DNA of 64,000 nt from an uncultured bacterium. GTDB lineage: Bacteria; Acidobacteriota; HRBIN11; JAKEFK01. A program made the translations under genes and the position numbers. Positions within the stretch are counted from its first letter, which is position 1, and the number at the start of each line of letters is the position of its first letter. Under the pieces are notes generated by a model, which made no database searches, was not told where the DNA came from, and worked only from the letters and a program-made list of their open reading frames with translations. Where the stretch lies: contig CAVZQN010000008.1 of the NCBI GenBank assembly GCA_963777505.1, forward strand, positions 426,609-490,608, in the 5' to 3' direction. Shown here piece after piece: positions 54,975 through 64,000 of this stretch.

Positions 54975-56673
54975 AGCACCACGATCAAAAATTACAACGA
55001 AAAAAGGACGTACACCCGGCAGCGCCGGAACTACGTTGAAAGAATACAACCGCAAGCGTGATTTCAAAGTGACTGCAGAACCTCCCGGTGAAGTCGTTGA
55101 TAAAGATGGAAAAGATGCTTCAAACAATATGTATGTTATTCAAAAACATGAGGCGACTCGTCTTCATTATGATTTTCGCCTTGAGATGCAAGGCGTTTTA
55201 CGTTCCTGGGCTGTCCCAAAAGGAATCCCAACACAGTCCGGCGACAAACGACTTGCAATGCATGTTGAAGATCATCCAATGGAATATGCACGCTTTGAAG
55301 GAACAATCCCCAAAGGCAGCTATGGCGGCGGAACAGTAATGGTTTGGGACATTGGAACATATAACATCATGGAACCCAATCCGGTTGCCGCTTATTACTC
55401 CGGAAAACTTCATCTCTTTCTAGATGGAAAAAAATTAAAGGGCGAATGGATTCTTGTGCGTACTTCAAGAGGAGACGGCAAGGAGTGGCTTCTGATGAAG
55501 AAGGGAAATACAACCAAACCCATCTCAGTTAAGTCGGACGATACTTCCGTGCTCACAGGCAGATCGATGAAAAAAATAGCATCAGACAATGATGCGCAAT
55601 GGATCAGCAATCGACCACCTAAAGAAGACACTCCAAGAAATCGATTGAAGGCAAAACTTGCAAAAGATTCATCGAATTTCACCTCAGTATTGAAAAATCT
55701 TCCATCCGGAAAACCTAAATTCGTAGAACCGATGTTGAGCAAGCCTGTAAACAAACTTCCTGAAGGCAGACAGTGGATTTACGAAATAAAATTCGACGGT
55801 TATCGAGCGGAAGCAATTCGCAATGGAAAAACTTTCGATCTTATCTCACGCAATGCAAAAAATCTGAAGCAAAAATATCCTGAAGTTGTTGAGAGCCTCA
55901 AAAGTCTAACCGATAAAGACTGCGTGATCGATGGTGAAGTTGTAGCGCTCGATGAAAATGGTGTTCCATCGTTTCAAATGCTGCAGAATTTGAACAAGAC
56001 AGGCGATCGGCCGCTGCACTTTTTTGCGTTCGATCTCCTACACTACAACGGTAAAGACTTATCGAACCTTCCCCTGTTTCAGCGAAAGGAAATTCTTCAA
56101 GCATTGTTAGAATCCTCAGATGGAGTGTTTTCATTTTCTGCCGGATTTGAAGGCGATGCTGAAATTCTTGAACAAGAAGTTCGCAAAAAAGGGCTGGAAG
56201 GGATTATCGCCAAGAGTAAAGAATCAAAGTATGAACCCGGGAAACGAACAGGTGCCTGGGTAAAATACAAAACAGAAGCAGGACAGGAGTTTGTGATCGG
56301 TGGATATAAGCCATCCGAACGAAGCAAAGGTCTTGATTCCATTCTCGCTGGATATTATGAAAACGATCAACTAATGTATGCGGGTTCAGTTCGTGCCGGA
56401 TTCACCCCTCATACAAGAAAAGAAGTTGAATCCGTATTGAAAAAGTTGGTAACAAAGAAGTGTCCTTTTGCAAATTTACCGGAGGAATCAACCGGACGCT
56501 GGGGTGAAGGACTTACTGCAGAAGACATGAAAAAATGTATTTGGGTAAAACCAAAAGTTGTTTGCAGGATCGATTTTGTAGAATGGACAGACGCCAGTCA
56601 TCTGCGGCATGCAAAATTTGCAGGATTGGTTTTTGATAAAGACCCGCTCGAAGTAGTTCGCGAAAACTCCTGA
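54961..56673 (+). CDS. ligD: DNA ligase D phosphoesterase plus ATP-dependent ligase domains
   Basis: The phosphoesterase motif is HEATRLHYDFRLE, the ligase motif I is EIKFDGYR, and an OB domain follows. The ORF begins with TTG and overlaps the polymerase-domain ORF by 14 nt. Confidence 0.85.
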   Translation: MKKIEAPRSKITTKKGRTPGSAGTTLKEYNRKRDFKVTAEPPGEVVDKDGKDASNNMYVIQKHEATRLHYDFRLEMQGVLRSWAVPKGIPTQSGDKRLAMHVEDHPMEYARFEGTIPKGSYGGGTVMVWDIGTYNIMEPNPVAAYYSGKLHLFLDGKKLKGEWILVRTSRGDGKEWLLMKKGNTTKPISVKSDDTSVLTGRSMKKIASDNDAQWISNRPPKEDTPRNRLKAKLAKDSSNFTSVLKNLPSGKPKFVEPMLSKPVNKLPEGRQWIYEIKFDGYRAEAIRNGKTFDLISRNAKNLKQKYPEVVESLKSLTDKDCVIDGEVVALDENGVPSFQMLQNLNKTGDRPLHFFAFDLLHYNGKDLSNLPLFQRKEILQALLESSDGVFSFSAGFEGDAEILEQEVRKKGLEGIIAKSKESKYEPGKRTGAWVKYKTEAGQEFVIGGYKPSERSKGLDSILAGYYENDQLMYAGSVRAGFTPHTRKEVESVLKKLVTKKCPFANLPEESTGRWGEGLTAEDMKKCIWVKPKVVCRIDFVEWTDASHLRHAKFAGLVFDKDPLEVVRENS

Positions 56674-57317
56674 TGTTTGAATTCGTTCTCATCATCCTTT
56701 CTGTTGTGGGATTCCTGTCCTTCGTTTTGTGGCACGCACGGCGGCAGAGTATCGTTAACATTCCAGCTCGAAATCGCCATTTCGGACTCCTGGGTAGACA
56801 ACTGAATTTGAAGTCAGCTGGCGATGACTACTTTCTTCAACTTGAGGGAGTGTGGAACGGAATTTCGATTCTTATTTATCCGCACAATTTTGAAGGGCCA
56901 GGTTTAATTACAATATTTTATGCAGATACAGGAATCCCTTATGTCGAACGCAGCTGGGTTGAACCTTTTTTAAGCCTGGGACGTGCACTTGTTGAAAACA
57001 AAAGGGGATACAAATTTCAATTTGAATTTGTTGGTAATCCTGAATTGAAAGCCTATTCAATTGTGGAAGTATTGGAACGGTATCGCAATCAATATCCATA
57101 TCTTGCCATCACGTTACCCGAACGTTTCGCATATTCACAACACGTTTTAGCATCTCTTGGCGAATCAAAAAACTATATTGCTTTACTTGTTATGGATTCT
57201 GGGAGACGTCCAACATTGGATGAAATGAAAGATGCATTGGATGCAGTTACGGATATCGCAGCCGCTGTAAAATCTGCTTTAGGGCAAAAGGAAAAAGAAA
57301 CTGCAGAGGCGGAATAA
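56673..57317 (+). CDS. hypothetical protein with a single N-terminal transmembrane helix
   Basis: The ORF shares its start with the ligD stop (TGATG overlap). No motif was recognised. Confidence 0.45.
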   Translation: MFEFVLIILSVVGFLSFVLWHARRQSIVNIPARNRHFGLLGRQLNLKSAGDDYFLQLEGVWNGISILIYPHNFEGPGLITIFYADTGIPYVERSWVEPFLSLGRALVENKRGYKFQFEFVGNPELKAYSIVEVLERYRNQYPYLAITLPERFAYSQHVLASLGESKNYIALLVMDSGRRPTLDEMKDALDAVTDIAAAVKSALGQKEKETAEAE

Positions 57318-57438
57318 ATCCGCCCCCACAGTGTGGTTGTGTAGCCAGAAGCTACAGAAAATTGAATCAGACAATGATTAGACCTTTGATGTGATGAATG
57401 GTTGGTAGTGGATTTAACCGCGAAGACGCAGATTTCTT

Positions 57439-59433
57439 TTAACGGACTTCGGCAGAAGAACCTTCGATCTTTTTCCAGGGTTCTACTTTTCCGCCCAAAC
57501 ACTTCCCTAAAAATTCTTCAGCACGTCCATAAAAATCGAACATATTTTCTGGGCGTTCGAAACCGTGACCTTCGTCTGGATACACAACAAAAGTAACGGG
57601 CAAATTTTTCTCGCGCATCGCTTTTACAATTGCTTCAGACTCACTGAGCTTTACGCGTGGATCGTTCACACCATGTCCGATCAAAAGTGGCACGCGAATC
57701 TTGTCAACATGAAACAAAGGCGAAATACGATGATTCAAAGCATCATCTTTTTCCACATCACCAATGCGCCTGATCCAACGCGCTTTTACTGGTTTCCAAT
57801 ATTCAGGAAAAGATTGGAGAAGAGATCGTACGTTAGCTGGGCCAACTACATCGATTGCGCAGGTATACAATTCAGGGGTGAATGTGATTCCTGCAAGCGT
57901 TGCATACCCACCATAGGATCCGCCGAAGATTGCAATCCGTTTTGGATCAGCAATACCTTGATCAATCGCCCATTGAACAGAATCAGTAATATCATTCTGC
58001 ATTTTGCGTCCCCATTCACCGTTGGACGCATTTAAGAACTTTTTTCCGTATCCAGTTGATCCCCTGAAGTTGACGCACAAAACAGCATAACCACGACTCG
58101 CTAACCATTGCATTTCCCGGTTGAATCCCCAATTATCACGATGCCAGGGTCCACCATGGGGGTTGATGACTAAAGGCAGATTCTTTTTACCTTCCTGCGG
58201 CAGCGTTAAATAGCCAACGAGTGTTAATCCGTCTCTCGACTTGATTTCAACTGGCTCCATTTTCGCAAGACTGTAATTTTTTAGAGCAGAATATTTATCA
58301 AACAAGAATTCTAATTTCTTAGTCGAACGATCGTACAAGTAATATGCTCCCGGCGCGACATCTGACTCGAATAAAACGATCCATTTGTTTCGTGAAAGAT
58401 CAATACTTTCAATAAATGGAAATCCCTCATGTTCTTTTTGAATCAATGAAATATCTTTCTCGAATTCAGGGTTGAGGAATTTATACCTGGGTTGATCGTA
58501 ACTAAAAACTACTGCGTCAACATGACCTTTTTTGTAAATCATTTCTACAGCGGCAATGTCTGTGCCATCAGCAGCATCATAAGTCCAGATATCGGCTTTC
58601 GGATCTTCAGCCATAACGACGATCGCCTCGCGAGTTCGCAAAGGAACTTTCTCCAAACGCAACGTATCGGAATTCAGCGAAGAAGTTACATAGATATGAT
58701 TTCCTTCCGGCGTAAAACCTACCGTCATACTATTGCCATTAAACTGCCCTAGCATGTTGCTGTCTTCAAATGGCCAGGTTATTAAATCTCGCCATGGCTT
58801 ATCAACACCGTCCCGCACCCGGAGAATCGTGCGCTGATCAGACGGACTGAAGACTGTTGCAGCGCGAATCACAAAATTGAAATCAGTCATCCATCCAATT
58901 ACATCTCCAGGATTTTGAGTATCTAATTTGCTTTTCCCTGTTTTCAGATTGATGCGATGCATATCAAACACTTTGGGATCGCGAATATTTAACCCAACGA
59001 GAACTTCATCCGGATAATCAGGATCCTTCCGTAGGGCTTGTGCTTTACTTCCTTTGAATGGTGTTAAATCGCGCACTACTCCCGATTTAACGTCCGAAGC
59101 GAAAAGATGCTTATTCTCATCACCGAACTCATCCTGAAAGTAAAGGATGTGTTCATTGTTGTAAGCCCAGGTGTAAAAATAAATTCCCTGTTTTTCATCG
59201 TTTGTGATCATGCGATCATCATTTTTGCCAATCGTATTAATCCAAACGTTTGATACTCCGGATTTAGAAGGAGCGAGATAAGAAAGCATTGTTCCATCAG
59301 GTGAGATCTGAGGCTGATCTTTAACCGGGTTACCGAAAATAATCTCACGCGGTATTAACGAATTCTTCTCTCCAGAAAAAGTTATCAGTGGCATTGCAAA
59401 GATGAGAATTGTAGCGACAAATATGTAATTCAT
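57439..59433 (-). CDS. S9 family serine peptidase (beta-propeller plus alpha/beta-hydrolase), secreted
   Basis: A signal peptide is present, the nucleophile elbow is GGSYGGYATLAG, and the C-terminus ..HGVNDPRV...PDEGHGF has the Asp/His of the catalytic triad. Confidence 0.8.
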   Translation of the reverse strand: MNYIFVATILIFAMPLITFSGEKNSLIPREIIFGNPVKDQPQISPDGTMLSYLAPSKSGVSNVWINTIGKNDDRMITNDEKQGIYFYTWAYNNEHILYFQDEFGDENKHLFASDVKSGVVRDLTPFKGSKAQALRKDPDYPDEVLVGLNIRDPKVFDMHRINLKTGKSKLDTQNPGDVIGWMTDFNFVIRAATVFSPSDQRTILRVRDGVDKPWRDLITWPFEDSNMLGQFNGNSMTVGFTPEGNHIYVTSSLNSDTLRLEKVPLRTREAIVVMAEDPKADIWTYDAADGTDIAAVEMIYKKGHVDAVVFSYDQPRYKFLNPEFEKDISLIQKEHEGFPFIESIDLSRNKWIVLFESDVAPGAYYLYDRSTKKLEFLFDKYSALKNYSLAKMEPVEIKSRDGLTLVGYLTLPQEGKKNLPLVINPHGGPWHRDNWGFNREMQWLASRGYAVLCVNFRGSTGYGKKFLNASNGEWGRKMQNDITDSVQWAIDQGIADPKRIAIFGGSYGGYATLAGITFTPELYTCAIDVVGPANVRSLLQSFPEYWKPVKARWIRRIGDVEKDDALNHRISPLFHVDKIRVPLLIGHGVNDPRVKLSESEAIVKAMREKNLPVTFVVYPDEGHGFERPENMFDFYGRAEEFLGKCLGGKVEPWKKIEGSSAEVR

Positions 59434-59486
59434 AGTTGACCTTCGTCTTCGTGACTTTGCGGTTTATATTTACGGTAGAATTTACT

Positions 59487-59873
59487 ATGGCTTTTTATAA
59501 TGTCCCAGTCAATCTGCCGCATGCAGCAACTCTCGCAAATAGAATTGAACTGCGTCTGGCAGCATTGCAAGTGCTCGAGCGTCCGGAGGCTGAACAACTT
59601 CTTATGTTAATTGAGGCGTTGCAGGAAAAAATTGGGAAATACGAAGGAGCCAATGACCCTTCTGATGAGGAGACTCGTGTAGTTGTTGAAGAGTCGGCTG
59701 TAATTGCAAGACAGATTGTTGACGAAATTGAACAATTACAGGTTGGTGAAGATAGGCTGGGTCAATTGATTCGCAACTTATTTGAATGTATGGGCCTTGG
59801 CAAAGAAGGTGCTGAAATTTCGCTTCGCGCCGGCGAAAATCCTGGCTCACTTTTGCGACCTATGGAAGATTAG
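59487..59873 (+). CDS. hypothetical protein (acidic, helical)
   Basis: The ORF is open from the ATG at 59487 (the ORF table starts it at 59436). No motif was recognised. Confidence 0.35.
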   Translation: MAFYNVPVNLPHAATLANRIELRLAALQVLERPEAEQLLMLIEALQEKIGKYEGANDPSDEETRVVVEESAVIARQIVDEIEQLQVGEDRLGQLIRNLFECMGLGKEGAEISLRAGENPGSLLRPMED

Positions 59874-61390
59874 TGGGGATCCTGCACATTAGCCGGCAAA
59901 ACAACTTCGAAAGTTGATCCAACGCTGAATTCACTCGTAACTAATATTGTTCCGCCCATCATCTGACAATATTTATGACTGATCGCTAAACCTAATCCTG
60001 TACCACCAAACTTTCGTGTTGATGATCCATCAGCCTGAGTAAAGGCTCTAAATATTTTCTTCATTTGATCAGAGGTCATGCCTATTCCAGAATCATGTAC
60101 CTGGAAAAACAATGTATCCGCTTCATCGACCCTGAGTCGTTTTACATCAAGCGTAACCAATCCTTCTTGCGTAAATTTAGCCGCATTACTAAGCACATGC
60201 AGCAAAATCTGTCTTACCATTGTAAGATCAGCACGCATCGTTCCAAGATCTTCTGTTTTCTTGAATTCAAAAGCATTCCTGTTCTTTTCCATAAGCGGCT
60301 GAACAACAGCGATGACTTCATCCAGGATGTCGGTAACATGAAATGTATCTAGAGTAATTTCCATTTTCCCGGCTTCCAGTTTGGAAAGATCGAGTATCTC
60401 GCTGATCATTCCAAGCAAATGTTTTCCCGCTGCGTTGACCTTTTCAACATCCGGAAGTAACTCTGGTTCAATTTTTTCTAACTCCTCTTTCAACATTTCA
60501 CTGTACCCGATGATCGCATTCAACGGTGTCCGCAATTCATGACTCATGCTTGCAAGAAACTGACTTTTGGCAAGGCTTGCTTCAGCAAGCTCATTCGTAC
60601 GAACAGATAGCTTTTGGTTGGCGGCTGATAATTCCCTGGTCATCGTTGTCAGTTTTGTGTTAATCGAAATTAGATCGCGTGTACGTTCAGCAAGTTCCAA
60701 AGTTTTTTCTTTTGCTCTACGCTCAAGACTATCGCGAAGCGAATCGAATTCTGCATAAAAACGTGGGACACGTGACGCTAGCGTTAAAGTAAACACATAA
60801 ATCTGCATCGCAAGCCCATATGGAAAAACGACAACAGAAGAAAGCCACTTCCTTCCTATCGCAAAATCAACAATATAGGTAACTGCCATCCCAAGCATTC
60901 CTGCCGCTATGTAACGAGATTCTGTATGACCTACTAATGCCTGGCGAGCAATTAAAACAAAAAAGAACGTGCCCAGGATGACTGTTACGACATTCCACGT
61001 CACCATGACTCTAAGATCCAGCGAAGGTGTTAGAAGAGTTAGCACTGCCAGAATCATTTGTAGAACTTGATAACCACGAATCAGTGGATGAATCCTGCGA
61101 GGAAGATAGGGTGATAGAAACTGAACGTACAATGCAGAAGTAGAAAAGATTGCTAGATTTTCAAGCTCATTATGAATGACAGGATCATTTCCGAAAATCT
61201 TGCGCCATGGTGATAGCATGAAAATATAAAAAGCCGCACTGATGGAAAGTGGTGCAAGCCATAAATATTCTTTAAGCTCACGGCGTGGCCTATATAAATG
61301 AAGCTCGTAGATCCCCAAAAATGCAACGACAACAGCCGTTATTAATAAACCGAGTCCGGGTAGGAGTGGTGGAGTAAGGCTGTCAGGCAT
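59870..61390 (-). CDS. sensor histidine kinase with a 7TMR-DISM-like 7-transmembrane N-terminus, HisKA and HATPase_c
   Basis: Seven hydrophobic helices are followed by LASMSHELRTPLNAIIGYSEML and then the G-boxes GGTGLGLAI. Confidence 0.85.
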   Translation of the reverse strand: MPDSLTPPLLPGLGLLITAVVVAFLGIYELHLYRPRRELKEYLWLAPLSISAAFYIFMLSPWRKIFGNDPVIHNELENLAIFSTSALYVQFLSPYLPRRIHPLIRGYQVLQMILAVLTLLTPSLDLRVMVTWNVVTVILGTFFFVLIARQALVGHTESRYIAAGMLGMAVTYIVDFAIGRKWLSSVVVFPYGLAMQIYVFTLTLASRVPRFYAEFDSLRDSLERRAKEKTLELAERTRDLISINTKLTTMTRELSAANQKLSVRTNELAEASLAKSQFLASMSHELRTPLNAIIGYSEMLKEELEKIEPELLPDVEKVNAAGKHLLGMISEILDLSKLEAGKMEITLDTFHVTDILDEVIAVVQPLMEKNRNAFEFKKTEDLGTMRADLTMVRQILLHVLSNAAKFTQEGLVTLDVKRLRVDEADTLFFQVHDSGIGMTSDQMKKIFRAFTQADGSSTRKFGGTGLGLAISHKYCQMMGGTILVTSEFSVGSTFEVVLPANVQDPH

Positions 61391-61445
61391 TGCTTGGGAC
61401 CGGCGTTTGTGGCACCGCCTATTTTTGCATAGAGTCCGAAAACAT

Positions 61446-61525
61446 GGTAGCGGCGGCCCTTGTGGCCGCCCGGCGAATTTAGCTCACGAACAAACGACGG
61501 GCGACCATAAGGGTCGCCCCTACCA
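61446..61525. other. GC-rich twin-hairpin element in an AT-rich divergent intergenic region (GGCGGCC-CTTGT-GGCCGCC and GGGCGACC-ATAAG-GGTCGCCC, enclosed by GGTAG...CTACC)
   Basis: Two perfect 7-8 bp GC stems lie between flanks that are complementary to each other. The element could be a REP-like element or a small structured RNA. Confidence 0.3.
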
Positions 61526-61581
61526 CCGATTTCAATTATTAGGTTTGAAACATTTGTTGAATAGAATAGTAGCGAGGCAAT

Positions 61582-61956
61582 ATGTCAAAACCATGGATTG
61601 GATTATTTTTGGGTGCATTTCTCGGAATGCTCGATGGTATTTCATCATTCTTTTATCCTGATCTTACTGGAGAGGTCATTCTCATCGTTGCTTTTTCAAC
61701 ATTGAAAGGCCTTATCACAGGATTCGTCGCCGGTCTTGTCGCACGTAAGTGGAACTCACTTCCGGTGGGTATCGCTACAGGACTATTCGTCGGTTTGTTA
61801 CTCGCGTACGTTGCCTCTATAGGCACCAGCTATTTTGTGGAAATAATGTTACCGGGAAGCATTTTAGGCGTTATTGTAGGATTTGCTACACAAAGATTAG
61901 GGAGAGTCGATCCCAAGAAAAATCTATCGTTCCGAGAGTCTCCAGCAAATAATTAG
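61582..61956 (+). CDS. small integral membrane protein (4 predicted transmembrane helices)
   Basis: The protein is hydrophobic throughout. The RBS gaggca is weak. Confidence 0.5.
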   Translation: MSKPWIGLFLGAFLGMLDGISSFFYPDLTGEVILIVAFSTLKGLITGFVAGLVARKWNSLPVGIATGLFVGLLLAYVASIGTSYFVEIMLPGSILGVIVGFATQRLGRVDPKKNLSFRESPANN

Positions 61957-62352
61957 ATAAACAATACCGAGAACTAATTCAATTGCAGCAAACGGTAGCA
62001 ACATATTTAACAAAGAATAGTTAAATACGTACAAAACCATCATCGTTCCGAATAGTAATCTTCCGAGACTATCTACGAAAATAAAAGGCAGAAATCGAAC
62101 TGGTTCGCGCGCGCTATACAGTAAAGCCGCACCCAGTATCATTGCACCGGCTCCGAAGCCATGAATCAAAAGCAGATGAGCAGGGTTTTGCGGAAACGGA
62201 AGAACTCCTGTGCGCGAAAAAATTGTCCTCTCCATCCAGAGCGCTGCCTGGAAAAATCCGGCGAGTAAACGATTGTTAAAAAAAATAATACCCATTACGA
62301 AATTGAAGACTCCCCCTATCTGAAGTGATAAACGGATCCACCGTGGGGCCAT
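61924..62352 (-). CDS. small integral membrane protein (4 predicted transmembrane helices)
   Basis: This hydrophobic ORF converges on 61582..61956 and overlaps its 3' end by 33 nt. Confidence 0.45.
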   Translation of the reverse strand: MAPRWIRLSLQIGGVFNFVMGIIFFNNRLLAGFFQAALWMERTIFSRTGVLPFPQNPAHLLLIHGFGAGAMILGAALLYSAREPVRFLPFIFVDSLGRLLFGTMMVLYVFNYSLLNMLLPFAAIELVLGIVYLIICWRLSER

Positions 62353-62433
62353 GGCGTAACATCTTACACCAGAGAAATATCCTTTTCACTCCTGCGCTTT
62401 TTTGATACCATCCGTGCAGGAGCCTCGCCCATC

Positions 62434-62727
62434 ATGAAAGCAGCGATTGTGACTTATGTCGTCAAGAAAGGTCGTGAAACGGAGTTTAAAAAAGCGCTGC
62501 GGCGGCACTGGAAAGTTTTACGCAGCGAAAATCTAACGACAGATCAACTTCCATTCCTTCTGAAAGATCTCGAAAGTCCAATGGTCTATAAGGAAATTTT
62601 TGAATGGAAGAGCAAATCATCTTTCCAAAAAGCACACGAATCAAAGAAAGTTCAAAAAATCTGGCAGCAGTTGATTAAGCTAACAATTGAAGGTGGAATC
62701 GAACGAGCATTCTTCAATCGTATTTAG
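62434..62727 (+). CDS. antibiotic biosynthesis monooxygenase (ABM) domain-like small protein
   Basis: The protein is 97 aa and has an ABM-like pattern ..YKEIFEWKSKSSFQKAHES.. Confidence 0.45.
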   Translation: MKAAIVTYVVKKGRETEFKKALRRHWKVLRSENLTTDQLPFLLKDLESPMVYKEIFEWKSKSSFQKAHESKKVQKIWQQLIKLTIEGGIERAFFNRI

Positions 62728-62731
62728 TTTT

Positions 62732-64000
<1,269 letters not shown>

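Overview
The window is a 64 kb bacterial chromosomal segment with mixed base composition, carrying about 55 protein-coding genes and two tRNA-Ser genes. Positions 1-9.3 kb are about 50-55% GC. Positions 9.4-20.9 kb form a GC-rich block (about 62% GC). Positions 21-63.57 kb are AT-rich (about 42% GC). The last ~430 bp switch abruptly back to GC-rich DNA encoding an antisense fragment of a glycogen phosphorylase gene. Product calls rest on recognised signature motifs. Recognisable genes by region are: (1) 0.5-9.1 kb: a long internally repetitive TPR protein; an aspartate ammonia-lyase that carries an N-terminal Sec signal peptide, followed by periplasmic L-asparaginase II and an OprO/OprP-type porin; and a DUF2252 protein. 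(2) 9.4-20.9 kb, all on the minus strand: a DUF2254 membrane protein, a FIST-domain hybrid histidine kinase, a SulP transporter, a Rieske protein, a BASS-family transporter, a CMD/AhpD-like protein, a BKACE (DUF849) enzyme and a VOC/glyoxalase. (3) 21-44.8 kb: MltF; a Fur-family (PerR-like) regulator with a palindromic box next to katG; an M23 peptidase; a CRTAC1/FG-GAP protein; an FAD-linked oxidase with an SRPBCC protein; an SPFH protein; a beta-lactamase-family hydrolase; an S9 peptidase; a LysR regulator; a MacB/FtsX-like ABC permease; and a PQQ-like beta-propeller. (4) 45-57.3 kb: a stress-type cluster with a NarL-family regulator, a CBS-CsbD fusion, a BON/OsmY lipoprotein, HemQ/ChdC and a TPR Ser/Thr kinase, flanked by NHEJ genes (a stand-alone ATP-dependent DNA ligase, plus LigD polymerase and phosphoesterase-ligase ORFs); no ku is seen. 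(5) 57.4-63.6 kb: a second S9 peptidase, a 7TMR-DISM sensor kinase, small membrane proteins, and a gltX gene truncated at the terminal junction. An unusually large number of genes are interrupted by single-base indels or an in-frame stop: the TPR protein, aspA, the porin, the FIST kinase (three times), katG, the FAD oxidase (twice), the first S9 peptidase, the PQQ propeller and probably LigD. Several of these indels lie in homopolymer runs, which points to homopolymer-type sequencing errors or to widespread pseudogenisation. A family of palindromic intergenic repeats rich in TACGAA/TTCGTA and TTGCAAATTGCA recurs at least five times, twice flanking tRNA-Ser(GCU). No CRISPR array, integrase, transposase or recognisable defence system was seen.
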